DNA of 64,000 nucleotides from Lama guanicoe (Eukaryota). A program made the translations under genes and the position numbers. The notes beneath the pieces were generated by a model, which saw nothing but the letters and a program-made list of their open reading frames with translations, made no database searches and was not told the origin of the DNA. Positions 21,099-34,110 of the stretch are shown here, one piece after another; position 1 is the stretch's first letter, and the number at the start of each line of letters is the position of its first letter. The stretch covers positions 5,502,626 to 5,566,625 of the forward strand of contig MU054220.1 of assembly GCA_013239625.1 (NCBI GenBank), in the 5' to 3' direction.

Positions 21099-23873
21099 CA
21101 TAGTAATCACAGAGCCAAAATCTATAGGAAACACATAAAAGATTAAGAGAAAGGAATATAAACATACTGCTAAAGAAAGTCATCAAACCACAAAGAAAGA
21201 GAGCAAGGGAAAAAGTGAGGAACAGAGAGCAACTACACAACCAGCCAAAAAGTAAGTAACAAAATGCAATAAGCACTTACCTGTCAATAATTAATTCAAA
21301 TGTAAATTGATTAAATTTGCCAATAAAAAGTCATAGAGTGCCCAAATGGGAGAAAAAACATGACCTATCTATATGCTGCCTACAAGAGACTTGCTTTAGA
21401 TGTAAGGACATACACAGCCTGGAAGTAAAAGAACGGGAAAAAATACTCCATGCAAAGGGAAACCAAAGAAAGATGGAGTAACTATACTTATATAAGACAA
21501 AATAAACTTTAATACAAATACTGTCATAAGAGACAAAGAAGGGCATTACATAATTATAAAGGGGTTAATCCAACAAAAGAATTGTAAATATTTATGCACC
21601 GAATACAGGAACACCAAAATACATAAAACAAATATTAACAGACTTGTTAAAGGGAGAAATAGGCAGCATAATAAGAGTATGGGGACATTAATACCCCTAC
21701 TTACATCAATGGATAGATCATCCAGACAGAAAATCAGTAAGGAAACATTGGCCTTAAACGACAGATTAGACCAGATGGATTTAACAGTTATTACCAGAGC
21801 ATTCCATCCAAAAGCAACAGAATACACATTTCTCTTAAGTGCACATGGAACACTTTCCAAGATATATGATATGTTAGACCACAAATGAATCTTAATAAAT
21901 TTAAGAGAATTGGGAGTATATCAAATATCTTTTCTGATTACAATGGTATGAAATTAGAAATTAATTACATGAAGAAAACTAGAAAATTTTTCACAAATAT
22001 GTGGAGATTAGACAACATGCCACTTAACAACCATCTGGTTAAAGAAGAAATCAAAAGAGAAAAAGAAAGAAAAGATACCAAAGTTGTACGGAAGAAGTAA
22101 AACTTTCACTGTTTGCAGATTACATGGTATTATATATAGGAAACCCTAAAGTCTCCATCACAAATTATTATAACTAATAAGCAAATTCAGTAAAATTGCA
22201 GGATACAAAATCAGTACACAAAAATCTGTTGCATTTCTATAGATAAAAAATAAAATAATCTGGGAATGAATTTCACTAAGGAGGTGAAAGACCTGTATAT
22301 TGAAACCTATAAGACATTAATGAAAGAGTTTGAAGATGGAAATAAATAGAAGCACAGTCCATGCTCACGGATTGGAAGAATTAATATTTTTAAAATGTTC
22401 ATTCTACCCAAATGAATATGCAGATTCAGTGTAAATGCTATCAAAGTTCTAATGGCATTTTTCACATAAATAGAATAAACAATTCTAAAATTTGTGTGGC
22501 ACCATAAACACCCTGAATAGCGAAAGAAATTGTGAGAAAGAAGAACAAAACTGGAGGCATCACAGTCCTTGATTTCAAACTGTATAATAAAGCTATAGTG
22601 ATCAAAAAATACAATATTGGCTTAAAAACAGACATTTAGATCAGTGGAACAGAATAAAGAACCCAGAAATAAACCCACACACATATGGTCAGTTAATTCA
22701 TGACAAAGAAGCCAAGAATATGCAATTGTAAAAAAACAGTCTGTTCACTAAATGTTGGGAAAAGTGGACAGCCACATACAAAAGAATGAAACTGGATCAT
22801 TATCTTACACCATACACAAAAATTAACTCAAAAATATTAAAGACTTGAACTTAAGACCTGAAAACCATAAAACTCCTAGAATAAAACATAGGTGATAAGC
22901 TCCTTGATATCAGTCTTAGCAATGATTTTTAAAAATATGACACAAAAACAATAACAACGAAAGCAAAAATAAACAAGTAGGACTAGATTAAACTAAAAAA
23001 CTTCTGCACAGTGAAGGATGCCATCAGCAAAATAAAAAGGCAGTTTACTAAATTGGAGAAAATATTTGCAAATCATAGATCTGATAAGTGGCTAATATCA
23101 AAAACATATGAAGAACCTATACAACTCAATAGTGAACAAATCAAGCGACCTGATTTAAAAAATGGGCAGAAGATCCGAATAGACATTTTCCCAAAGAAGA
23201 TATGCAGATGTCCAACAGGTACATGAAGAGATGCTCTGCATCATTGATCATTAGGGAAATACAAATAAAACCATAATGAGATATCTTATATCTGTGAGAA
23301 TGGCTGTTATCAAAATAATTAGAAATAACAAGTGTTGGCGAGAATGTGGAGAAAAAGAAACCCTTGTATACTGTTGGTGGGAATGTAAATTGGTACAGCC
23401 ACTATGGAAAACAGTATGGAGACTCCTCAAAAAATGAAAAACAGAACTATCATATGATCTAGCAATTCCACTTCTGAGTATTTATTTGCAGAAAGAGAAA
23501 CTATACATGCACCCCCATGTTCACTGCAGCATTATTTACAATAGCCAAGTTATGGAAACAACCTAAGTACCTGTCAATGGATGAATGAATAAAGAAATTG
23601 TAAAATGGAAAATTATTCATCCATAAAAAATAAAATCTTGCCATTTGCAACAGTATGGATGGACTTTGAGAGCATTATGCTAGTGAAATAAGTCAGAGAA
23701 AGACAAATACTGTATGATCTTTCATATGTGGAATCTAAAAGACAAACAAACCAAGCTCATAGATACAGAGAACAAATTGGCAGATGGCAGACGGTGGGTG
23801 GTGGGAGAAATGGGTGAACAATTTTTTTTTCAGTCTAAATAAATTGAATAAAAAGAAGTTTTTTTTTTTTTTA
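21099..23873 (+). mobile_element. Decayed, internally deleted LINE-1 (inter-ORF region, ORF2 EN, RT end and C-terminus, short 3'UTR)
   Basis: ORF2 start near 21264, EN-like peptides ('LTSMDRSSRQKISKETLALND..LDQMDL', 'FSDYNGMKLEIN'), and an RT motif decayed to 'EEVKLSLFADYM' near 22091. Degenerate TSD AAAGAATGCCAACA (21085-21098) / AAAGAATACCACCA (23874-23887). Confidence 0.95.
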
Positions 23874-24084
23874 AAAGAATACCACCAGCCACCAGAAGCT
23901 GGAAAAGGCAAGGAACGGATTCTTTAGAGCCTCAAAAGGGAATATGGTCCTGCTGACCCATGGATTTAGGTTCATTGAAACTGGTTTTGAACTTCTGGAC
24001 TCCAAAATTGTGAGAATAAATTTATGCTATTTGGGGCACCAAGTTTGTGGTAATTTGTTACAACAGCCATAAGAAACTAACGCA
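23874..24084 (+). mobile_element. MaLR LTR (MLT1C/D-like), 3' part
   Basis: 'cagccaccagaagctggaaaaggcaaggaacggattct...gagaataaattt...caccaagtttgtggtaatttgttacaacagccataagaaactaacgca'. Confidence 0.9.
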
Positions 24085-24139
24085 CTGCTCTAGTGCTGTT
24101 TTCTGAGTCAATGGCTGGCAAATACTGGAGCCCATCCTG

Positions 24140-24495
24140 CTTGCCAGTGCCTTTGTGCTCTCCCATATGCAGGTCCTCTTCTGGGAGGGCTACCTCCTCC
24201 AAATGTGTTCATTTATATAACTCCTATTTCCCCTTAAAAATTAACACCTGAGATAGTATTATCTCAGCAAAATCTTCACTGAATCTTAGTACTCCTCCTT
24301 TGCCTTTCAAGTCCACATTTATTTCTGTTAGAGCCCTTGTCTTACTTTACTGTGATTGCATTAAAGTTGCCTTTTTTAAAAATTGCCCCGATAGAAAGCC
24401 ACTGAAGGAAGGTACTATGTTCTCCATAGTTGTAGCATCTAGCATTAGGCCTGGAAAGTATTAGAAGCACAGTGAATGTTTGTGGAATGGTGGAA
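24140..24495 (+). mobile_element. L2 3' region
   Basis: 'ttgtagcatctagcattaggcctggaaagtattagaagcacagtgaatgtttgtggaatg' terminus, preceded by degenerate L2 sequence. Confidence 0.6.
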
Positions 24496-24879
24496 TATAA
24501 AAATAAATGAGACCTGAGTGTGGAGAGTGAAGGAGATAACGCATATTGAATTTTTTTTGCTAATCATAAATTGCTTCAGTAAAAAGATTTGTTAGAGAAG
24601 TGCATGCTGAGACATTGAGGGATTTTCTTGAGATTGCAATTATCTCTGCTAACCAAATCTTTCATTCACATGGATTAGGAGAGATGACTGAGGAATGAGC
24701 TTTCTCCAAGGACTGATGCACACTCTTCGGTGTATTATTCCACTTAGAAATATATAGCGTACATCTAACATTCTTAGTGAAAGTTAGTTTAGTGGTGAAA
24801 GACATTAGTGTCAAAAGAAAGGTGAGTGAAAAAAAGATCCATATCATCAAGGAATTTGTATGGTAAGGAGAATATAGTC

Positions 24880-25690
24880 TGTTCTTGGATAACTATAATA
24901 AAATGCTATATGTTACAAGTGATGTAATGGTTCATTGGAAAGAATAATTCCTTTTAGGAAGAGGTCAGGGAAGATATTTGTAAAGAAGGTAGTTTTATAG
25001 CTGCGGTTGGAAGAATGGACTAACAGAGGTATAGAAGCCAACTCGTAGGCAGAATACATGTGGAAGGGTATGCACATGAACAATGTAGGTCATTTTCTGG
25101 AAATGGCAAGTGGCACCATTTTCTAAATTACAAAGTTCAGAGTAGGAGACTAGTGAGGTCAACGCTCAAAAGATGGGTCTGGTCTAGATTATAGAAGATG
25201 CAAAATATTAAATTGGGGAATTTGGATCTTATTCTGTAGGATTATGGAACTTATCAAAAGCCTTTGATGAAAGGAGTAACATTACTAGAATCAGGTTTCA
25301 AGGAACTTTGATCTATTAAAAGTGGAACATATATGTCAGAGTGGCAGATATAGGAGGCAGGGAGGTATCTAAAGAGATCTTTACATGAGTCTAGGTAAAA
25401 GAGGATAAATGAATAGAGGACAAGGGACAAAGGAAAAGAATGGAGAGAATTCATAGGACTTGGTGCTATGGCATTGAGCATGAGGGAGATTCTGAGGAAA
25501 AGGTAACTCTGCATTTTGATTATACGAGATAGTGATCATTCAAATCATGAAGAGAAATAAGGAAACAAAAGATTAACATGAGGATAAAGGATATGATTCA
25601 TACTTGATTGTTAAAAGATCAAACCCAATAAAAATCGATGCAGGAGATTGGAGGTGATAGAGTCACAGGTTTGGAATCATATATTAATTC
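24880..25690 (-). mobile_element. L2 fragment(s), antisense
   Basis: Purine-rich 'gaggtcagggaag...gaatttggatcttattctgtagg...tttcaaggaac...ggaggcagggagg...ggacttggtg' pattern of antisense L2. Confidence 0.6.
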
Positions 25691-26576
25691 GCCTTCTTAC
25701 ACTGCCTTTCAGAGGATTCTGCTTGAACTCTGTGATGGCAGCAGAGGAATAGCACTGTATCAATTGTACTCACTCACCTTGACCAGGAAGCCTACAAGCC
25801 AGGCTCAGTGTCTTCCTAAGTGGTAAAGACTGAGGTAACCAAGGTTTATGAAACGTTGATTGTGGCCATTCTGCTAACCACTATATTGGTTTCTCAACTA
25901 GGCAGAACACAATTTAAAATCCAGGATGAATCCTTTACATACTCAGAATATCCTTTCCATCCCAACATTCACCTTAGGTTTGACATGAAAATCCTCTTTG
26001 ACTCAACCTTGTCCCCTTTGATCCATGAAATTTTAGCTCTTCCCTTTTATCACTGACTCGAGCAATTTCCTATCTCTTATGCTGACTCACACTTACTTTA
26101 ACTGCCCTATGCATTACTTGACTTATGGTAACATCACCATTTGGGCCCTCTAGCCCTCCTGTGTCAGTGTTGGGTTTTTGCAACTCCCTAGTTTCTCTTC
26201 TTGCATTCATCTCTGACCACAGCCTCTTTGAATGATTCTTATATATTCAATATCCAGTTCCCAACTATATTGTGACAATCAGCAGCATAGAAACAAAAGC
26301 TAAAAGCAGAAGGTGACTGAATTGCTTAGGACAGGAGAGTCAATACGTTTTATTTTACATACTAGCTCTAGTAAAATGGAAGTGGCATTTGGAGCTCTGG
26401 GTTGAGAAGTATTTCTGTACTCAGTGGAAAAGGGTACCATAATTCATTAGCAGTGTGTTCTTTGTAGACATGAAGACTGAGAGTTTAAATTCATGCAGAA
26501 ACATCCCATCCTTATCTTAGAGAGCTAAGGGTAGAAGTATGAAAACAGAACCTTGGGAGGTTCTCTTGCTAATAGG

Positions 26577-26972
26577 TGTGATGGTTAAATTTTATGTCCA
26601 CTTGGCTAGGCTACAGTGTCCAGCTGTTTGTTCAAAACCTGGTCTAGATATTGCTGTGAAGGTATTTTGCAGATGTCATTAACATCTACATCAGTTGACT
26701 TTAAGTAAAGGAGATTGCTCTCTATTATGTGGGTAGGTTTCATCTAATCAAGTGAAGGCCCCAAGAGTAAAAATTGAGGTTTCTCAGAGAAGGAATTTTG
26801 TGTCAAAACTTAACATAGGCATCCTTCTAGAATTTCCACCCGTCTAGAATTTCCTGCCAGCCTGCCCTACAAATTTCAGACTTGCCAGGTCCCACAGTTA
26901 AATGAGCCAATACCCTAATTATATATATATACCTTGTTAGTTCTGTTTCTCTGGAGATCCCTGACTGATACA
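26577..26972 (+). mobile_element. ERVL solo LTR (MLT2D/B-like) with 5-bp TSD
   Basis: Runs TGTGATGGTTAA...CCCTGACTGATACA with 'cagttgactttaagtaaaggagattg' inside. Flanks ATAGG (26572-26576) / ATGGG (26973-26977). Confidence 0.92.
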
Positions 26973-28386
26973 ATGGGGGGTCCATACTTAAGGAGAAAAT
27001 CAGACTAGAATATGACAAGTCTAATTCCAGTTATCCCTTTAATAAAAGAAATAGTTATACCTGCTACCAGTTAGGGCAAAGCAAGGAGATTAACGTTTAC
27101 TATCCAAGAAGCAGCTACATTCAGGGACCAAAGTTGTCCTTTGTACACCTCGAAGCTACAGTGATACCATATTATGGGGAAATAGGATGTGCTGAGCCAG
27201 AGTGGACCCTCGTTCTACAAGTACTTCTTGCAGGTTCCTGGGCATCCTGTACTGGTACCATTAGCGATAAAGTTCAGAGGTGTTGATAAGATGAAATATG
27301 ACAAGTGGCAGGCTTCCTTTCCCTCCACATAGGCATTCCTAAAGACTTAAATGCCACTTGAATTTCTCAGCAAAGTTTGCCATTTTCTGTTACTCAGTCA
27401 TATTCTTTCCATGTGACCTGCAACAGCTGTTCTTTCACCAATTACACCATTTCTCCCTGATAAATTAAAAACAGTTCTAATTAAACAGTAAAATGAAATC
27501 ATCAATCTATGTTACTGAGGCAGAACTGTAATGTAATTAGTTATTGATACCACAAAGCTAGGCTTAGTTAGAATAAGAGTAGGGTGGGTGGCTGGCTCTA
27601 GGATTCTCACCAGGCACATGGCCATTGTTGGAGAAACATAAGTGATTTACCTGATTGTTTTTCCAAAGGACAATTGGTATGTTAATATGGTCTATGGAAG
27701 CAGTATAATAACATAATTTTTAAATGTAACAACATATTCATTACTACCAGAGAGGCCTATCAGGGCAGGATAGGTCATTTTCCTTGGATAGTCATAGTAA
27801 TAAATAATTTCTAGGGAAAGAACAGTTGATTTGAGGAATGAATAGAAATTGTGGAAGTATAATGAGAGCTTTCCTAGTTTGGATATCATTCTTTTTCCAA
27901 GGAAACTGTGATAGTGAAAACTACTTGATAACTGGGAGTATGTCCTATTACGAATTTTTTGCATTTCATCTTTGCTACCCACTGTACACAGAAAGCAGTC
28001 AGGAATTGCTCACAGAATGAATGCCTTGCTGTTTAGAGTAATTGTATTAGGCAGCTCAGTTTCATCTTTCATAGAACTGTATTAAAATGAATCACCACAA
28101 CAAAAACTGTACCTGCAAGCCCTCCCTCCTTTAAACAACTCAAAAATATATGCACCAAGAGTGCAAACATGAATGAAAGAAGTGAAAAATCTATTAGTAC
28201 GCTAAGACCAGGTTACCATGTTCCTGGGCTGTATGACAAATGGCTAGTATTTAAATGTTTCGGATTTTTTTCCCCTTAGAATCTCAGTAACAGTGTTAAC
28301 ATATCAACATGAATGAAATTAGTTTTTTTAAACATATAAATATAATACTGATTAATTATTTGTTTAGTAGCTATAGAAGTGTTTTT

Positions 28387-28898
28387 TGTTGCAAACAACT
28401 GCCAGTTTAACTAGAAAAGGATTTTATGAAAGGTTACTTGTAACTTATGACTCTCCAGGAGGGCGTGAGAACTAGATTCTTGAGCCCCAAATTCAAGGAC
28501 AATTCTTATTCTCACTAAAGAACCTTTTGCAGGGAAAATGCTGCCAATCACTGCTTGGCCTGTGATTCCCCATGATACTCAGGTCTGGTCGCCAGAAGCT
28601 CCACCACTGCTACCCACAAGGAACCAGGTGCCTCTCTCACCACAACTGCCAGAGTATTAATACTCATATGCTCGGAAGTATGCGTCTATCACCCCCTTCA
28701 AAACCCAAGTGTGCTCAGGTACATGTTGAGTGGCAGAGCCATGTCACATATCTGTACCCTAGTAACAAGGATGTCTGGTTATGCAAATTCTCTGGCTCTA
28801 CCTTGGAATGATAAGATTTGTAAAAGTAGAAAATGGCCAAAATATAAGGAGGGTGTTCAGGCATGTTGTAGAGCCACAAATGATGAGTGTTTACTACA
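28387..28898 (-). mobile_element. Old MaLR LTR (MLT1K/L-like)
   Basis: 'gttgcaaacaac...aaaaggattttatgaaagg', 'tgagtggcagagccatgtcacatatctgtaccctagtaacaagg', ending 'tgtttactaca'. Confidence 0.6.
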
Positions 28899-29611
28899 CA
28901 GAGGCAGTCCAGGTGCACAATCTGTACACAGTATTAGAGGCTAAAGGGCTTTTGAAATATTTGAACTATTTTCAAATAAAAGGGAACATTCACTGATCTA
29001 TAAATTACAGCATTGTCAAGCTATTTATAGTCCTCCCAGACTAATGCAAATTTGGATTGTTATTGTAATGGATGTGTGACAAAATGACCTAATCAATAAG
29101 AAATTTCTGGTATTTCATGATGCAAGAGATACACATAGACATTGTCTGACTTTTAGTGACACTTTCTTTGTGAAGGAATTTATAAACTCTAAAGGGAAAT
29201 AGCTGAATAGATTACATTGGTTTGGAAAGGATTAATTTATTAAGGAGTTTGAAAAGAACTTTATCTGCATGACTTAGAAAGACATCCAAGGGCAGGCCCA
29301 GGTTGACCAGTTATTGATATTGGATATATTTTACAGAGGGAAAAGTTTCTTCTAAAGAAAACAAAACTTTATCCCTGGAGATGTTGCAGGGGGACCACCA
29401 AGCCTATAGAAGAATATGTAATAGAAAAGAATGCCTTCATCACAAACTCCTCTGTTGGAAAGAGATTCAAAGTTCATATCTATAGGAGTGCTTAGAGGCA
29501 AAGAGATCAGCAAAATCAGAGTATTTTATTCTAATTTATGCTAATTTCTTTCCCCTCATCTCAACTTTATGCTAATTTTCTTCCCTATACCCTCATAGGC
29601 ATTTTTCCTAT

Positions 29612-30457
29612 TTCCTGGGAAAATTTTGAGATATTAAACAATATTTTGTTTCTTTTTTTTTCACTCCTCCTGATAACTCTATCCCTCTGAACTTTCTTTC
29701 TATTCACACAGCTAGGGCATCCTGGGCCACTGTCTCAGGAGAGGGAGGTGGCAAGCGAGAAAGAAAACAAAAAGCCTGCCAGTGTTTTCCTGACTGGCTT
29801 TCAGCCTAAAGCGCTTAATAGAATTGAGAGGGCTCCAAGCCCAAATGAAATGTTTGGAGAAACATAATGAGACTGAGGAAGAGTGTTCCACCTCCCCTGC
29901 TGACTCTGCACATTCCTCAGTCCCATCACTTCCATCACAGTATTCACTTTTTTCTAGAATAGATTCACCTAAGCTGAACTCTGGGAAGCAGCAGTGTCTC
30001 CAGAAACAGCTGCTTGTTGAGTCCAACACAAAGGGGTCTGTCCAGAGCTTCAGAGAGAGTGCCCCAGAGTCACCTAGAAGCTGAATGCTTCCTCTAAAAT
30101 CAAGTGTTGCACAAAAGCAGCCAAAACTCTACCTGTAGGGCTCATGTGAATGGGAGTGAGGCGTAGCTACCTGTGTGGACCTATGACCAAAGATAACGCA
30201 GGATGATGGACTCATCAGTCGATGCCTACACGGAGAAATGACACCAAGGGATAGACTCTTCATCTTGACTTGTGTAGCCTGTACAAACCCTAACTGAAAG
30301 TTGGGAGTTCCTCCAGGGAGAAGAGGAGGGAAATATCACACTGGCTGAGATTTCAAGACATTATCCAGGTCTTGAAAGATAAAGTGTGCTTCTGTGGGCG
30401 AAAAACAATAGAGTTTCTTTTATATCCCTGAACTGTGGACTGGGATACCACCTACAC
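29612..30457 (+). mobile_element. Ancient Gypsy-type solo LTR (MamGypLTR-like), near full length
   Basis: The start ('ttttgagatattaa...gggcatcctgggccactgtctcaggagaggg') and end ('tttcttttatatccctgaactgtggactgggataccacctaca') resemble recalled MamGypLTR termini. Confidence 0.55.
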
Positions 30458-31754
30458 AGAGAAATGGAAGGGAAAAAAAATAGAAGAAAAGGTTTTGTTG
30501 TTTTTTCAATAGAATGAATTCAAATACAGTTATTTTGTTGACTACAAATACATTTACTTGCCATTTATTGAATTAAAGATTCTACTTACAGAATTAAAGT
30601 AATATATATTTTTCTTTAACTTTACTGGAGGGTATGTGATTTTGTAGTATTTATTTATATGAATGGGAGCAAACTCAAAGGAATTTTTTTTTTCTTTTTA
30701 CAAGGTAATTATATTAGAAAAACTTCTAAAAGTTTTACATAGAGTTTTCTTCAGCTTTGGTAAGGGAAAATTGACATGAAATTGTTCTTTATCACAAACT
30801 GCACATTCACTAACATTTCAGGATCTCTTAGTCATCTATCACCATTATTGGCCACTTGTTTTATACTTTTAACAATTCCATTACACCTGAATCTGAGTTT
30901 ATTTTTGAATGTGAACAAGGTAAAATAATAAATAGATACTAGCACATTTTCCAGTAGAGAAGTGTAGACTTTGAAGATACCAGTGTTTTGAACTATTTAT
31001 ATGTTTTAGAGCTAGGTTGGAGTGAAACCAATGAACAAGTTACAACTTGCTATTCATATCACACACATTTCTGACTGTTCTTAATTCAGGTTTTCATGTA
31101 TTTAAGATAAGCTACTAGACTTGAAAAGAATACTTCTTTTGTCAAAATAGTGTCTTTTTATATCAGCTCAGAGGTCTTTCCAGGATTCACTCATAGTTCT
31201 GTCTTTTGTTCTTTGGAAATTTAGAGAAGTTCTATATTCTCTCTCTCTTTCATTTTTTTTTCTCTTCTGGATTTCAGTTTTCCTACCACAAAAACAAACA
31301 AGAAATTCTTTAATTTTCTTTTTATAACTTGCTAGGGGAAAGGCTACTTTTCATTTGGCAATTCTCTACTCTTACCATCCTCCATTTCTCTTATGTCCTA
31401 ATTAAACAAGAACAGTGATAAAATAAACTCCATGGTGTCACTGACTGCGTAAAATACTGATCTGTAAAAATGGAGCAGTTTTCCATCACGGAACTAGCTT
31501 GTCCTAATTTTCCTTCTATGATTAGTGTTATCAGTAGCTTTTAAAGATATTAGTTCAGTTAATGAATGAGTTTATATGTATGAATAAATGATTGAATTTC
31601 TGTGAAGAACCAATTTCTTCACCGAAGTTTGAGCTACAACTCTTTATCAATTTTTACAGCTTTATTCTAACCAATCTTCTTTAGCAAATGAAAAAAAAAC
31701 TTTCTGTTTCCATCCAGGTTCACACTGTGTTTAAAAAAACACACTTAAACATTT

Positions 31755-31955
31755 TTTCATTCTTCTAATATTTATGGAAGGCCCACTATCTACAAGCTGC
31801 TGTGTAATGTCATGTCTGAGATACAAGGATAAACCAACTCCCTCCCCTCAAGGAGTCTGAATTCTTGTAGAAAAGATAAGGCTTATACTACCCATAGAAC
31901 GATAACAAAAGTAGCAAATGTAAATTCCACAAGAGAGGTGCAGACAAATTGCTAC
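31755..31955 (-). mobile_element. L2 3' end, antisense
   Basis: 'ttcattcttctaatatttatggaaggcccactat...gatacaaggataaac...cctcccctcaaggagtctgaattcttgtag'. Confidence 0.6.
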
Positions 31956-32754
31956 GGATATGAGAGGCTACGAAGATTACAGAACGAACAAGGTTTTAAA
32001 ATAGATATGAACTATTCCTTTCAAAATGTAAATACTGTAAAACTGTGTATGTTTGTTCAGTATGCCTCTTGAGTATATCTGGCTGCACTGTTTTTCTCTT
32101 TGCTCTAGTTTTCAAACATGGTCTTCTGATGCCTTTCTTTGATACAATATTTGTCTTTTCATTTGGGAAAGGCTCTGTCATACTGATCCATGGCAAAGAT
32201 GATTGGAGATATTACTGTTCTCTGCCAGGGGAGGAGCAGGGACCATTTTGATGTGCTGAGGGAGTCTGATCCCTAGCAAGACACAGAATTCAGTAACAAA
32301 ATGGGTTATTTTTTGAGTTAGGTATTTGTTAAGCATGATGAGGACAGGTGGAGAAATAACTTTTTTGTTATTTTGAACCACAAGTCTCTTTTCCAAGTGC
32401 AACCATCTCATGAGGGAACTTTTATAATCTGGTTGTAAGATTTTCTTCCCTGATTGATGTTCATCCAAATTTTATAGTTTCTATGTGCTTGTTGAGCTTG
32501 AGGAATTAAAACAACTTTTGGCATTTAGAGATCCATGACACAGAGGGGTATTTGAAGCATACAGAAAGAAAGGCCTTTCCAGCAGGAGACAGATGGGGTG
32601 ATCTGTCTAATGGGCCATATGTACTTGGCTGGCCTGAGTATGCCAACTCCTTCTGCCCATTAGTTTATACTGAAAGGAGTTTCTTTTCAAGAAAAGGGGA
32701 CATAGGGGACACAATAGAACTAAAATTCAAGTTTGGCTTCTATGATTTGTGCTT

Positions 32755-33221
32755 GTAATGGTTGGGATTATTTCTACTGTATATTAAAAAAAACTTTGCT
32801 CAAATTGGCTATTTGAGATATGGGAATTTATTTGCTAATGTGCTTGAGGAGGCCAGAGTGCAAACTTACTAAGATATTGATCTAAGGGCTCAAAGATTAC
32901 CATAAATTCTTGGAATTTTCACTATCTCCCATCAAAACTGGCCCTTTTGTCAGTTTCATTTGCGGGCTCCAAATGGTAGCCTCAGTCTAACAGAAGAAGG
33001 GGGCTACTATGCTAGTCTTGAGGTGCATTCTGATTAGACCAAGGTGGGTCATATGTCCACTGTTCCTGAACCAATCACGGTGGCAAGTGAAATCCTTTTG
33101 CTGAGTGACTGGGACTGGATAGAGTGCTCTCCATCTGGAAACAGGAGTGATGCCCTACCTGAAGTTGATGGACTAAACGTGGAAAGGTTACTGGGTAGTT
33201 AGAAAACACAGTGTTCTCTAC
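32755..33221 (-). mobile_element. MaLR LTR (MLT1J/K-like)
   Basis: 'tctgattagaccaaggtgggtcatatgtccactgttcctgaaccaatcacggtggc', ending 'gtgttctctaca'. Confidence 0.7.
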
Positions 33222-34009
33222 AGTGTTCTACAGGCCTTGCTGCTTTTTATTCTGGAGCAGATGCTAGCAAGGAGGTCTACACACACAAGCAGAATTATTA
33301 AGAACCACAAAAACATGCAACCCTAAAAGTAGAGTATGTGGATATGTTTGTGCATGTATATGTGTACAGACGAGGAAGAAAGAAATATACATACTTGATA
33401 TGAAAATTCTGTAAGTATATATACGAATCAAGTAATAGTTTGGTAATACTAAATAATAACTAAATACTAAATAATTTAGTAATACTAAGAACTAAATAGG
33501 AACACTAAACTATATATGTGCATACATATATGGAAACATTATTCATATGTAATTCACAAAGGTATTTAATGCTAAATAATTTTAATTTTGTTTTTTTACT
33601 TTGTTTATATGAATTTTCCAAAGTTTCTGCAATCTACTGTAATTGAAATAATAAGCAAGTATTTTAGGACTGTGTATTTGAAATAAACCAAATAGTCAGT
33701 GTTACTAAACTATTAAGTGAATTTTTTTCCTAAATTGACTTTATATATAAAGCCAATCTAAGTCTGATAATTAATAGATCATGCCTAAGAGATGCTGAAC
33801 TGAAGATACGACACAATGAGTTGCAGTCACATCCTCTGAGTTCTGTACTGGCCACCGTGTTAGGAGGGAGGAACATAACCTCCCCTTTTTTCTCAGTTCT
33901 TTCAAGTAACTAGGCTTATATGTTGGGGTTTACTATATATCTATATATTTTTCTCTCCTATAATAAATGGCCATAACAAAAGCAAAAATGATAACAATAG
34001 CAGTAAGAG

Positions 34010-34110
34010 TAATGACATAGCAGCTAACATTTATTGAGCAGTCACTATGTTCCAGGTATAGAACTAAGTGCTTTATAGGCATCATCTGATTTGATCCATT
34101 CAGCAACGCT
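34010..34110 (-). mobile_element. MIR 3' part
   Basis: 'atagcagctaacatttattgagcagtcactatgttccaggtatagaactaagtgctttataggcatcatctgatttgatcc'. Confidence 0.75.

Noticed and set aside
29712..30084. Ser-rich 86-aa and 105-aa ORFs as a coding exon
   Set aside because: No recognisable homology, non-ATG starts, and they lie inside a probable LTR. Kept only as an exonisation candidate.
33440..33510. ACTAAATA-like repeats as an array or CRISPR-like structure
   Set aside because: Irregular AT-rich low-complexity sequence with no constant repeat-spacer period, in a eukaryotic context.
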